Below, piece after piece: positions 1 to 10,260 of a stretch of 64,000 bases of DNA. Within the stretch, counting starts at the first letter, position 1; every line of letters begins with the position of its first letter. The position numbers and the translations under genes are program-made. Where the stretch lies: contig JAZUKV010000034.1 of the NCBI GenBank assembly GCA_045643465.1, forward strand, positions 2,107 to 66,106. The letters run 5' to 3'. Source of the DNA: Clostridia bacterium. GTDB taxonomy: Bacteria > Bacillota > Clostridia > TANB77 > CAG-508. The notes under the pieces were generated by a model. That model was not told the DNA's origin and ran no database searches. It saw nothing but the letters and a program-made list of their open reading frames with translations.

Positions 1-116
1 TCAACTTCTCCGCCTGGATCAATAACAATAGTTTCTTTTGAGGTTTCCTCTTCTATTATATAACAATTAGTAGGTTGATTTTCTAATACTTCTACTTTAA
101 TTCTCTTTTGTATCAT
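1..116 (-). CDS. MBL-fold metallo-hydrolase (5' part; runs off window)
   Basis: Manual translation MIQKRIKVEVLENQPTNCYIIEEETSKETIVIDPGGEV; NCY..IDPG motif; usual position downstream of relA. Confidence 0.8.
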   Translation of the reverse strand, partial: MIQKRIKVEVLENQPTNCYIIEEETSKETIVIDPGGEV

Positions 117-143
117 TTTTTAGGTTTACATCCCTTTCATTAT

Positions 144-2336
144 CTATTTTTTACGAGTTACTTCATAAACACTATCTACTTTTCTTAATGATTTTACTAA
201 TACATTCAATACATTTAGGTTCTCAACTTCTACAGTCATATTAGTTTCAGCAGTTCTATCTTTTAGTAACTTACATTCAACAGCCATCAATTTACATTTA
301 TTATTCGATACAGACTTTATTATATCTGATAATAAATTATTTCTATCATTTGCCAATATTTGAATTTCTACGTTATATGAAGAATTATCTTGGTTGCTCC
401 ACAAGACTTCTATAATTCTATTTTCTTGAGAAATTAAATCTTGCACATTTATACAATTTTTTCTATGAATTGAAACTCCTCTACCTCTTGTTATAAAACC
501 TATTATTTCATCTCCAGGAACAGGATTACAGCATTTAGAAAATCTTACTAAACAATTTTCAATTCCCTTAACAATTATTCCATTACTTGTTGCTTTTTTA
601 TAAGTATTTTTTTCTGTTGAAAGCTCTTCAATTGTTTTTTCAATTTCTTCGTCTTGATTGTCTTTTTTATATGCCTCTAACATTTTTGCAATTACTCTTG
701 AAGAAGTTATTGCTCCAAATCCTACAGCTGCATACATATCCTCAATAGTATTAAATTTATATCTGTCTAAAGCTACTTGAATATACTCATTTTTAAATAA
801 TGTAACATAGCTCATTCCAATTCTTTTTATTTCTTTTTCAATTAAATCTTTTCCTTTTAAAATATTGTCTTCTCTTTCATTCTTTTTAAACCATTGTAAT
901 ATCTTGTTTTTTGCAGATGTACTTTTTACAAATTTTACCCAGTCCCTACTTGGTCCTTTTGCTTGATCAGAAGTTATTATTTCTACAATATCTCCATTAT
1001 TAAGTTTAGTAATTATTGGCATCATTTTACTATTGATTTTGCAACCAGTCATATGATGACCAATCTCTGCATGGACGCTGTATGCAAAATCTATTGGAGT
1101 TGCACCACTCGGTAAAACTTTAATTTGACCTTTTGGAGTAAATACATAAACTTCATCCTCAAATAGCTCTGTTTTTAATGTCTTTAAAAATTCTTGAGGA
1201 TCTTGCATATCTTTTTGCCATTCTAATGATTCTCTAAGCCATGCCAACTTATCTTCTTGAACAACAACTGTTGTTTTTTTATTTTTATTAGCTTCTTTAT
1301 ATGCCCAATGGGCAGCAATTCCATATTCTGCAATTCTGTGCATATCCCATGTTCTAATTTGAACTTCAAAAGGAGTACCTTTTGGTCCTATTAATGTAGT
1401 ATGCAAAGATTGATACATATTTGGTTTAGGAACAGAAATATAATCTTTAAATCTACCAGGCATAGGATTATATAAATCATGAACAACTCCTAAAGCTGCA
1501 TAACAATCTTTTACAGAATTTACTAAAATCCTTAATGCAAATAAATCGTATATTTGATCAAGTGTTTTATTATCCCTTTTCATTTTTCTATAAATACTAT
1601 ATAAATGTTTTGCTCTACCATTAATTTCTGCATCTATTTTTTGACGTTTAAGCTCCTCGTTTATCTGCTCTACGACGATATCAATAAACTTAAGTCGCTC
1701 TTCTCTTTTTTTATCTATTCCATCTACAATTTCCCTGTATTCATCTGGATATAGATATTTAAAAGATAAATCTTCAAGTTCCCATTTTAATGAATACATA
1801 CCAAGTCTATTAGCAAGTGGTGCATATAAATCTATAGTTTCTGAAGCTATTGCTATTTGTCTATCTCTACTTAAATATTTAAGAGTTCTCATGTTATGTA
1901 ATCTATCAGCTAATTTTATTAAAATAACTCTTATATCTTTTCCCATGGCTAAGAACATTTTTCTGTAATTTTCAACTTGTTGCTCTTCTGCACTTGTATA
2001 TTTTAATTTTCCTAATTTTGTCACACCATCAACTAGCTCTGCTATTTCTAAAGAAAATTCTTTTTCAATATCTTTAATTGTAACTTCAGTATCTTCTGCA
2101 ACATCATGTAAAATTGCCGCACAAATTGTGCTGTCGTCTAAACCTATTGTTGCTAGTATATACGCCACTTGAACTGGGTGTATTATATATGGCTCTCCTG
2201 ATTTTCTTAATTGTGAACCATGCTTAGACTTAGCAAACTCATAAGCTTGCCTTATGAGTTTGCTGTCTGTTTTTTTATTATTTTTCTTCATTAAATTAAT
2301 AATATCTTCTATCGTTTCGTTTCTTACCTCAGACAT
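144..2336 (-). CDS. relA: Bifunctional (p)ppGpp synthetase/hydrolase
   Basis: HD domain (ILHDVAED), synthetase YQSLHT/EVQIRT, TGS and ACT domains. Confidence 0.97.
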   Translation of the reverse strand: MSEVRNETIEDIINLMKKNNKKTDSKLIRQAYEFAKSKHGSQLRKSGEPYIIHPVQVAYILATIGLDDSTICAAILHDVAEDTEVTIKDIEKEFSLEIAELVDGVTKLGKLKYTSAEEQQVENYRKMFLAMGKDIRVILIKLADRLHNMRTLKYLSRDRQIAIASETIDLYAPLANRLGMYSLKWELEDLSFKYLYPDEYREIVDGIDKKREERLKFIDIVVEQINEELKRQKIDAEINGRAKHLYSIYRKMKRDNKTLDQIYDLFALRILVNSVKDCYAALGVVHDLYNPMPGRFKDYISVPKPNMYQSLHTTLIGPKGTPFEVQIRTWDMHRIAEYGIAAHWAYKEANKNKKTTVVVQEDKLAWLRESLEWQKDMQDPQEFLKTLKTELFEDEVYVFTPKGQIKVLPSGATPIDFAYSVHAEIGHHMTGCKINSKMMPIITKLNNGDIVEIITSDQAKGPSRDWVKFVKSTSAKNKILQWFKKNEREDNILKGKDLIEKEIKRIGMSYVTLFKNEYIQVALDRYKFNTIEDMYAAVGFGAITSSRVIAKMLEAYKKDNQDEEIEKTIEELSTEKNTYKKATSNGIIVKGIENCLVRFSKCCNPVPGDEIIGFITRGRGVSIHRKNCINVQDLISQENRIIEVLWSNQDNSSYNVEIQILANDRNNLLSDIIKSVSNNKCKLMAVECKLLKDRTAETNMTVEVENLNVLNVLVKSLRKVDSVYEVTRKK

Positions 2337-2348
2337 CTTTTGCCCCCT

Positions 2349-4028
2349 TTAATAGGATTTTCTAATATCCTTTAAATTTATCTGAACGTTTTCTTTTCCG
2401 TTGAATTTATTTATTTCTAGAGACCCTACAACATCAATTCTATCTCCTAATAAATAATCTTCAACTAAATTTCCCATATTAAATCCTATAGCATCTATTA
2501 TTACATTTTTATCTCTAAGTGTTAATTTTATGTGCTTACCTTCTGATAAAGCTCTTATGGAATCTATTTTTAAGTTCTTATATAAGAATATTGGCATTTT
2601 ATTAGCTTCTCCATATGGCTCTAAGATTTTTAGCTCTTTTATAGTATCCATATTTATATCATCTATAGTTACTTCTTTATCTATTTTTATAATAGGTACA
2701 AGCTCTTTTATATTAGTTTTTTCTGAAAATTCTTCAACCTGTTTTTTAAAATCTTCAAATTCGTCTTTTTTAATAGTTATTCCAATAGCCATTGAATGTC
2801 CACCAAATCGTTCAATATGCTCTGGACATTTTGATAATGCATCATGCAAGTCAAATCCTTGAATACTTCTTCCTGATCCTTTACCTTCATCATCTTCAAA
2901 ACATATTAAAATACTTGGCTTATAATACATTTCTGTTACTTTTGAAGAAACTATTCCAATAACACCATGATGCCAATCTGATTTTCCTAGGATTATGCAA
3001 TTTTTATTTTTCTCTCCATTTTCAATCATTTCGATTGCTTCCTTAAATATTTTTACTTCTTTTTGCTGTCTTTCACTATTATATTTATTTAATCTTCTTG
3101 CAATTTCTTCTGCATAAACTATATTTTCTGTTAAAAATAAATCTAATGCTTCTTGTTCATATCCTAGTCTTCCACATGCATTTACTCTTGGTGCAACCCC
3201 AAAAGATACTGTACTTGAATCTATACTTTTGGCACCTATTGAATTTAACAAAGCCCTTAATCCTACATTTTTTGTTACCTCTACTAATTTCAATCCTAAT
3301 TTTGATATTACTCTGTTTTCATCTATCAATGGAACTATATCTGAAATTGTACCTACACATACTAAATCTAAATATTTTAAATATTCTTTTTCTTCTAAAT
3401 TATATTTTATTGCAATGGCTTGTATTACTTTAAATACTACACCAACACCTGCTAATTGGTTAAATGGATATGTATTATCTTTTCGCTTTGCATCTACAAC
3501 AGCTAAAGCATTTGGCAATGTTTCTGCTGGTTCATGATGATCTGTAATAACTGTTTCTAGACCTAAACTATTTGCATAATCAATTTCTTCTATTCCTGAA
3601 ATTCCGCAATCAACAGTTATCATTAATGTATATTTTTGTTCAACAATATTATCTATGGCTTCTTTATTTAATCCATAACCTTCTTCTAGTCTATTTGGAA
3701 TATAACTATCAACTTCTAATCCTCTATCTTTTAAAAATTTCTTTAAAACAGTTATACTTGTTATCCCATCAACGTCATAATCTCCATATATTATAACCTT
3801 TTCGTTTGTTTCAATTGCTTTTGATATTCTTTCTACTGCTATTTTCATATCTGGCATTAAAAATGGATCATAGAAATCTTTTCTGGTAGGATTTAAAAAT
3901 ACATCTACACTACTACTTAAATTTTTATTATGAATTACTGTTGCAACTAAATTACTTACATTATATTTTCTTCTAAGCTCTTCTACTTCATTTGTGTTTA
4001 TATCATAAAATTCCCATTTTTTATTCAT
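2349..4028 (-). CDS. recJ: Single-stranded-DNA exonuclease RecJ
   Basis: GDYDVDG, TDHH, GSGRS and GGH motifs. Confidence 0.96.
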   Translation of the reverse strand: MNKKWEFYDINTNEVEELRRKYNVSNLVATVIHNKNLSSSVDVFLNPTRKDFYDPFLMPDMKIAVERISKAIETNEKVIIYGDYDVDGITSITVLKKFLKDRGLEVDSYIPNRLEEGYGLNKEAIDNIVEQKYTLMITVDCGISGIEEIDYANSLGLETVITDHHEPAETLPNALAVVDAKRKDNTYPFNQLAGVGVVFKVIQAIAIKYNLEEKEYLKYLDLVCVGTISDIVPLIDENRVISKLGLKLVEVTKNVGLRALLNSIGAKSIDSSTVSFGVAPRVNACGRLGYEQEALDLFLTENIVYAEEIARRLNKYNSERQQKEVKIFKEAIEMIENGEKNKNCIILGKSDWHHGVIGIVSSKVTEMYYKPSILICFEDDEGKGSGRSIQGFDLHDALSKCPEHIERFGGHSMAIGITIKKDEFEDFKKQVEEFSEKTNIKELVPIIKIDKEVTIDDINMDTIKELKILEPYGEANKMPIFLYKNLKIDSIRALSEGKHIKLTLRDKNVIIDAIGFNMGNLVEDYLLGDRIDVVGSLEINKFNGKENVQINLKDIRKSY

Positions 4029-4138
4029 TTTTACTCCTTATATACTAAAATTTGTTTTTATTGTATATCATTTTAATAAATTTTAAAAGGGTTAGATGAA
4101 AAAAAGTTGAAATGTTTGCACACATTTCAACTTTTTGA

Positions 4139-4480
4139 TTATAATTTAAAAATTTCTTCCATTGATTCTGCAATTATTTTATTTACATCAGCTACCATTA
4201 CATTAAATCTAACTTCTAAATCAAAATATTCTTTTATTTCTTTATCTTCAACTAACATTACATACATTTCTTGTAATTTTTTCATTTTTTCTGGATCTTC
4301 TGACCCTTTTTCCATTGATAACACTTGAACATCATATCTTAATTTTTCAAATTCTTCTATTTTATTTTTTAATTCAGGATTTGCTAAAACTTTTTCTCTA
4401 GCTTCTTTATATTGTTTGAATTCTTCTGATTCTTTCATCTCTTGTGCTAACTTATTAGCTGTATCATATATATTATTCAT
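4139..4480 (-). CDS. YlbF/YmcA family regulator
   Basis: IYDTANKLAQEMKESEEF N-terminus, ~113 aa helical protein. Confidence 0.85.
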   Translation of the reverse strand: MNNIYDTANKLAQEMKESEEFKQYKEAREKVLANPELKNKIEEFEKLRYDVQVLSMEKGSEDPEKMKKLQEMYVMLVEDKEIKEYFDLEVRFNVMVADVNKIIAESMEEIFKL

Positions 4481-4490
4481 AATTCACTCC

Positions 4491-5792
4491 TTACGCATAA
4501 GCATGTTTCTTTTTAAATGTTAATAGTTTTGAAATTTCTTTTTCTGAATTTTTTGCTTTTGCAGCTTTATTCTCTTTTTCTTGTGCTAATTGCTTTAATT
4601 GTTTTTCTGCTTCTGTTTGACATATAGCTCTTTCATATACATAATGCGTATCTTGAGCAATTTTATTCCAATTAAATTGATTTTTTACTTTATTTTTTGC
4701 ATTCTTTTCAATATCATTACACAATTGTGGGTTAAATAATATTTCTAATACAGAATCTGCTATAGAGTTTGGATTTCCAGCATAGCTTTTCATTCCATCA
4801 ACTCCATGCTCTACTATTTCATTTAGCCCACCTACATCTGAAACTACAGTTGGTGTTCCTGATAACATTGATTCTAATGCAACAATTCCAAATGGCTCAT
4901 ATGTACTTGGAAATACTGCTACATCTGCACATTTATACATTTTTTGTACAGATTTAGAATCTAAATATCCTGTAAAATAAACTTTATTTTCTATTCCTAA
5001 ACATTTTACTTGATTTCTTAATTCATCAATCATTCCACCTTTCCCTGCTATAACAAGTTTGGCATCATGATATCTATCTAATATTTTAGGCATTGCTGCT
5101 ATTAAATTTTGTACACCCTTTTCGTATACTAATCTACCTAAATATAAAATTATTTTTTCATTATCTGCTGCATATTGTCTTCTAAATTCGTATTCTCTCT
5201 TTACTCCATTATACAAATTAAGATTTACACCATTTGGTATAACATTTATTTTATCAAATGGTAATCCAAATAATCTTTGCAATTCACATTTCATATAATT
5301 ACTATTAACTATTACATCTGTTGATTCATATGTTAATAGCCATTCTGTATCATTTATATATCTTTGTACTTCATCATGTATTCCACTGTTTCTACCAGCT
5401 TCTGTTGCATGAATTGTTGATACTAAAGGAATTTTATATGACTGTTTTAAAGTCTTGGCTGCATAAGTTACAAGCCAATCATGTGCATGTATAACATCAA
5501 ATTTTCCTTCCTCATTAATTATTTCTGTTGATTTTGCAATTAGGTTAAAATTTAATTGCATAACCCAATCAGTAAAATTATTTGGTGTAATCATATAATT
5601 ATCAACTCTATACACTTTTACACCTTTGTCATCTTCAAAATCTGCTAAATTTTCTATATTAGCATCTTTGTAAGTTACTACTGTAACTTCGTGCCCATCC
5701 TTAATTAACCTATGAGATAAGTCATGTACTACTCGGGCAATTCCTCCTACAATTCTTGGCGGATACTCCCATGTTAACATCAATATTTTCAT
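4491..5792 (-). CDS. GT4 glycosyltransferase (alpha-glucan synthase-like)
   Basis: WEYPP..GG, HAHDW, EPFGIVALE motifs. Confidence 0.9.
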   Translation of the reverse strand: MKILMLTWEYPPRIVGGIARVVHDLSHRLIKDGHEVTVVTYKDANIENLADFEDDKGVKVYRVDNYMITPNNFTDWVMQLNFNLIAKSTEIINEEGKFDVIHAHDWLVTYAAKTLKQSYKIPLVSTIHATEAGRNSGIHDEVQRYINDTEWLLTYESTDVIVNSNYMKCELQRLFGLPFDKINVIPNGVNLNLYNGVKREYEFRRQYAADNEKIILYLGRLVYEKGVQNLIAAMPKILDRYHDAKLVIAGKGGMIDELRNQVKCLGIENKVYFTGYLDSKSVQKMYKCADVAVFPSTYEPFGIVALESMLSGTPTVVSDVGGLNEIVEHGVDGMKSYAGNPNSIADSVLEILFNPQLCNDIEKNAKNKVKNQFNWNKIAQDTHYVYERAICQTEAEKQLKQLAQEKENKAAKAKNSEKEISKLLTFKKKHAYA

Positions 5793-6015
5793 GTTATCAT
5801 GCTCCTTTCTAATCTTCTGTTTTGCTACGTTTTATTCATCATCTATTATTTCGTCTTATGCCTCATTTAATATTTTATACAAGTTTATTTTAATTGTAAA
5901 TAATTGTAAACAAAATTTTATTTTTTTTTACAAATTGTTCCATTTTTCTATTGAATTTATAATCATTTTGATATAGTATATCATTAGTGAAAATTATACT
6001 AAGGAGGAAAGAACG

Positions 6016-6921
6016 TTGAAAGAAACTAAAGAAAAATTAGACGAAAATATAGCTGAAAAAACTACTAAAGCTACAGCAAAAAAATCTGCTTCTGCTACTA
6101 AAGCTACTACAAAAAAGTCTAATTCAGATACTAAAAAATCTACTAAATCAGCAACTAAAAAATCTGATTCTGTTGCTAAAAAATCTACTAAATCTACAAC
6201 TAAAAAATCTGATTCTGCTGCTAAAAAATCTACTAAATCCGCAGCTAAAAAATCTGATTCTGCTACTAAAAAATCTACTAAATCCGCAGTTAAAAAAACT
6301 ACTAGAGCTACATCAAAAAAATCTACAAGCTCTGTCATCAATAAAGTTCCTTCATCAAAGAATTCAAAACTAGCAAATCCAATTTCAGAATATTATGATT
6401 TACCATACAGATATAATCAAACACTTGTTAGAATTTTGGCCCAAACTCCACATGCTCTTTTTATTTATTGGGATATTTCTGACAAAGATCGTGAAAATAT
6501 GATTAATACTTATGGCGAAAATTTCTTCAACGACACTAAGCCAATTCTTATTATTCACAATGAAACTTTAAATTACAGTTTTTCAATAGATATTGATGAT
6601 TTTACAAATAGTTGGTATCTTCGTACTCCAACAAGTAACTGCTCTTTTACAGTAGAATTAGGAAGAAGATTTCTTTCTACAACTAATGAACAACCTAGCA
6701 GCAAAATTTTGCATATCGCAACTTCAAATACATTACAATCACCAAATGACCATATACTTGAAGAATCATTTAATCAAACTATTTTAATTAAAAATGTTAA
6801 AACTAACGAAATATTAGAAATTCCTATTTCTAAATTTAAACATATACCATCTATTTATAGCAAATATGATGTATACAAAAATGAGTTGATGAATAATCCA
6901 TCTTCTGATTTTTTAATATAG
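6016..6921 (+). CDS. DUF4912-domain protein with Lys/Ser/Thr-rich repetitive N-terminus
   Basis: YYDLPYRYNQT..LAQTP..LFIYWD core; RBS AAGGAGG before TTG start. Confidence 0.8.
   Translation: MKETKEKLDENIAEKTTKATAKKSASATKATTKKSNSDTKKSTKSATKKSDSVAKKSTKSTTKKSDSAAKKSTKSAAKKSDSATKKSTKSAVKKTTRATSKKSTSSVINKVPSSKNSKLANPISEYYDLPYRYNQTLVRILAQTPHALFIYWDISDKDRENMINTYGENFFNDTKPILIIHNETLNYSFSIDIDDFTNSWYLRTPTSNCSFTVELGRRFLSTTNEQPSSKILHIATSNTLQSPNDHILEESFNQTILIKNVKTNEILEIPISKFKHIPSIYSKYDVYKNELMNNPSSDFLI
6133..6312 (+). repeat. Four 45-bp tandem coding repeats (KKSTKSxxKKSDSxx; fourth copy degenerate)
   Basis: Unit aaaaaatctactaaatc...aaaaaatctgattctg recurs at 6133, 6178, 6223, 6268. Confidence 0.9.
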
Positions 6922-6943
6922 ATTTTACAAATGGAGAAATATA

Positions 6944-8542
6944 ATGAAAAATATAAAAAACACTAAAGGATATGTAAGTTTCGTATTACATGCACATCTT
7001 CCTTTTGTTCATCACCCTGAAAGTGAAGATTATTTAGAAGAGCAATGGCTTTTTGAAGCAATCTCTGAAACATATATACCATTGCTTATGAATTTTGAAA
7101 AACTTGTTGCCGAAAATGTTAATTTTAGAATTACTATGTCTATGACACCTCCTCTTCTAAATATGCTTGATAATAAATTACTTCAAGAACGTTATATTAA
7201 ATATTTAAAATCACATATTGAGCTAAGTCAAAAAGAAATTGAACGTACATCTTATGACGAAAGACTAAATAACTTGGCTCATTATTATTTTGATAGATAT
7301 TCACATGATTTATATTATTTTGAAGAAAAATATAAATGTAATATTATTGAAGGATTTAAGCATTTTCAAGATATTGGAGTTCTAGAAATAATTACTTGTG
7401 GCGCTACTCATGGATATTTTCCTATATTATATATTACAGAGCAAACTGTAAAAGCACAAATTGCTATTGGAGTGCAAACATATGAAAAATATTTTGGAAG
7501 AAAACCTAAAGGAATTTGGCTACCCGAATGTGGATATGTACCAGAAGCAGATAAATATTTAAGAGAATATGGTATTGAATATATAATTACTGAATCTCAT
7601 GGAATTTTGTATTCGAATCCAGCACCTATCTATGGCACATTTGCACCTATTGTAACTCCGAATGGAGTTATTGCTTTTGGGCGTGACATTGAATCTTCTA
7701 GGCAAGTTTGGAGCTCTATAAATGGTTATCCAGGAGATTTCAATTATAGAGAATTTTATAGAGATATTGGATATGAAGCAGATTATGAATATATAAAACC
7801 ATATATTGCTTCTAATGGAGTGAGAGTTAACACCGGTATTAAATACCATCGTATAACAGGAAAAACGGAATATAAAGATTATTATAATGTACAATGGGCT
7901 AAAGATTCTGCTGAAAAGCAAGCTGGGCATTTTTTAGATAGTAGATCTAATCAAATAGAAGAAATTTCTCAATATACTTCTAATCCCCCTATTGTTCTTT
8001 GTCCATATGATGCAGAGCTATATGGTCATTGGTGGTATGAAGGACCATATTGGTTATACATATTATTTAAGAAAATTTATTATGACAACTGCAACTTTGA
8101 ATTAATAACACCAAGCGAATATATAGATAAATACCCTGATATGCAAATTGCTACACCTTGTAGATCTAGTTGGGGTGCTAATGGCTATAGTGAAGTATGG
8201 CTAAATCCTACAAATGATTATGCACATAGACATCTTCATAAAGTAGGTGAACAAATGGTAGAATTAGCTCATCTATATCCTAATACAAATGACCTTCTAT
8301 TAAAGAAAGCATTAAACCAATGTGCTAGAGAATTACTATTAGCCCAGAGCAGTGATTGGTTATTTATTATTACAAATGGTACCATGGTTGATTATGCTAA
8401 AAAGCGCATTAAAGATCATATTGGAAGATTTACAAAATTATATAATCAAATAAAACATAACGATATTGATGAATCTTTTGTTGACTACTTATATAATTAT
8501 GATTGCATTTTTCCAGAAATTGATTATAATATTTATTTTTAA
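6944..8542 (+). CDS. GH57 1,4-alpha-glucan branching enzyme (DUF1957 type)
   Basis: HAHLP, WLPEC, PYDAELYGHWW, AQSSDW motifs. Confidence 0.93.
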   Translation: MKNIKNTKGYVSFVLHAHLPFVHHPESEDYLEEQWLFEAISETYIPLLMNFEKLVAENVNFRITMSMTPPLLNMLDNKLLQERYIKYLKSHIELSQKEIERTSYDERLNNLAHYYFDRYSHDLYYFEEKYKCNIIEGFKHFQDIGVLEIITCGATHGYFPILYITEQTVKAQIAIGVQTYEKYFGRKPKGIWLPECGYVPEADKYLREYGIEYIITESHGILYSNPAPIYGTFAPIVTPNGVIAFGRDIESSRQVWSSINGYPGDFNYREFYRDIGYEADYEYIKPYIASNGVRVNTGIKYHRITGKTEYKDYYNVQWAKDSAEKQAGHFLDSRSNQIEEISQYTSNPPIVLCPYDAELYGHWWYEGPYWLYILFKKIYYDNCNFELITPSEYIDKYPDMQIATPCRSSWGANGYSEVWLNPTNDYAHRHLHKVGEQMVELAHLYPNTNDLLLKKALNQCARELLLAQSSDWLFIITNGTMVDYAKKRIKDHIGRFTKLYNQIKHNDIDESFVDYLYNYDCIFPEIDYNIYF

Positions 8543-8563
8543 TGTAAATTTTTTATAATAAAA

Positions 8564-8587
8564 AAGTGTGGATTTTATTCCACACTT
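8564..8587. terminator. Bidirectional intrinsic terminator
   Basis: aagtgtgga/tccacactt stem between convergent genes. Confidence 0.7.
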
Positions 8588-8593
8588 CATTTT

Positions 8594-9583
8594 TTATTCA
8601 GCTTTTTTATCTCTGTTCATTAGTTTATATACTGCTTCTTCAGGTTTTTCTCCTTTATATAAAACATTATAAACTTCTTCTACTATTGGCATTTCCACAT
8701 TAAGCTTATTTTTTAATTCATATGCTGCTTCTATATTATCAACACTTTCAATTACCATTCCTACTTCTTTTCTAACTTCTTCTAATGGCAATCCTCTTCC
8801 AATTAAACGACCTGCTTTTCTATTTCTACTATGTTCACTATTACAAGTAACTATTAAATCTCCAAGACCTGTTAAACCATAAAAAGTTTCTTTTTTTGCT
8901 CCTACTTTTTCTCCTAATCTTGCTATTTCTGCTAATCCTCTTGTTAATAAGGCTGCAAAAGTATTATCTCCTAAATTTAGCTCTACAGCAATTCCTGCAC
9001 AAAAAGCTATTATATTTTTAAATGCTGCTCCGTATTCAACACCAATTACATCACTAGAAGTATATACTCTCATTTCTTTGCTCATAAACACATCTTGTAC
9101 AAATCTGCTAACTGTTTCATCTTCAGAAGCACATACTAATAAAGTAGGAATTCCTATTGAAACTTCCTCAGCATGACTTGGTCCTGATAAAGCTCCTACC
9201 TTTACTCCAGAAATTTCTTCTTTTATAACATCTGTTAATATTGATAAAGTTGCTTGCTCTAGACCTTTTGAGCATACTATTATAGGCTGCTTTTGTATGT
9301 CTACATATTTCTTATATTCTTTTACTATATTTCTAGTAAATTTTGATGGAGTTACATGAAGAATTAAATCAGAATCTTTAATTACTTCTTCATAACTTAA
9401 TGAGCAACTTATATTTTTTGGTATTGTGACATCAGGCAAAAACATACATTTTCTTTCATTATTTATCAAATCTGCTTCTTTTGATTCAAAAGACCAAATT
9501 TTTACATTGTTACCTAAATTAGCTAAATGTATACTTAAAGCAACGCCCCAACTTCCACTTCCTATTATTGCTATATTTTTCAT
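8594..9583 (-). CDS. gpsA: NAD(P)H-dependent glycerol-3-phosphate dehydrogenase
   Basis: GSGSWG, LSGPSHAEEV, GLGDLIVTC..SRN. Confidence 0.96.
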   Translation of the reverse strand: MKNIAIIGSGSWGVALSIHLANLGNNVKIWSFESKEADLINNERKCMFLPDVTIPKNISCSLSYEEVIKDSDLILHVTPSKFTRNIVKEYKKYVDIQKQPIIVCSKGLEQATLSILTDVIKEEISGVKVGALSGPSHAEEVSIGIPTLLVCASEDETVSRFVQDVFMSKEMRVYTSSDVIGVEYGAAFKNIIAFCAGIAVELNLGDNTFAALLTRGLAEIARLGEKVGAKKETFYGLTGLGDLIVTCNSEHSRNRKAGRLIGRGLPLEEVRKEVGMVIESVDNIEAAYELKNKLNVEMPIVEEVYNVLYKGEKPEEAVYKLMNRDKKAE

Positions 9584-9615
9584 AATTATTTCCTTCCTTG
9601 TATATAAGTGCTAAA

Positions 9616-10239
9616 CTATTTTTTAAAACTTAATTTATTTTCTTCACCTTTATATATTCTTTTTAAATTAGCTCTATGATTAAATACAACTATTATAGCC
9701 ATTAAAATTCCAAAAATTACATAATTTCCCTCTACGATATAATGCTCTGATATAAATATTGTTAATACAGGAAATAATATAGCTGCCATAATTGATCCTA
9801 GTGAAACCATTCTTGTTAAAGCCATTACAACTATTGCAAATACTAAACAAATTAATCCTATTTGCCAATTTGTTAATAATAAAATTCCTAATGCTGTTGC
9901 AACACCTTTTCCTCCTCTAAATCCAAAATATACTGGGAAAGTATGTCCTATAACTGCAAATATTCCTGCTATTTGTACTAAAATTTCTGGTGTAGAATCA
10001 TTGGCTATTTTTCCAATTCCTAATGCTAATAAAATTGCTACAACTCCTTTTAAAATATCACATATTAAAGTAAGAGCTGCTAAACCTTTTCCTGCACTTC
10101 TTAACATATTTGTTGTTCCTGCATTACCGCTTCCTTTTTCTCTTACATCAAATCCTGCAAATTTTTTACTAAATATTATTGAAAAGTTAACACTTCCTAT
10201 TGCATATGCAATTATTGCTACTAAAATATATACTACCAT
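9616..10239 (-). CDS. plsY: Glycerol-3-phosphate acyltransferase PlsY
   Basis: GSGNAGTTN, FRGGKGVAT, HRAN. Confidence 0.96.
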   Translation of the reverse strand: MVVYILVAIIAYAIGSVNFSIIFSKKFAGFDVREKGSGNAGTTNMLRSAGKGLAALTLICDILKGVVAILLALGIGKIANDSTPEILVQIAGIFAVIGHTFPVYFGFRGGKGVATALGILLLTNWQIGLICLVFAIVVMALTRMVSLGSIMAAILFPVLTIFISEHYIVEGNYVIFGILMAIIVVFNHRANLKRIYKGEENKLSFKK

Positions 10240-10260
10240 AATTTTTCTCCTTCTTCTGTT

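Noticed and set aside
5994-6373. ORFs 5994-6341 (-) and 6173-6373 (+)
   Set aside because: Shadows of the 45-bp coding repeat in the DUF4912 gene.
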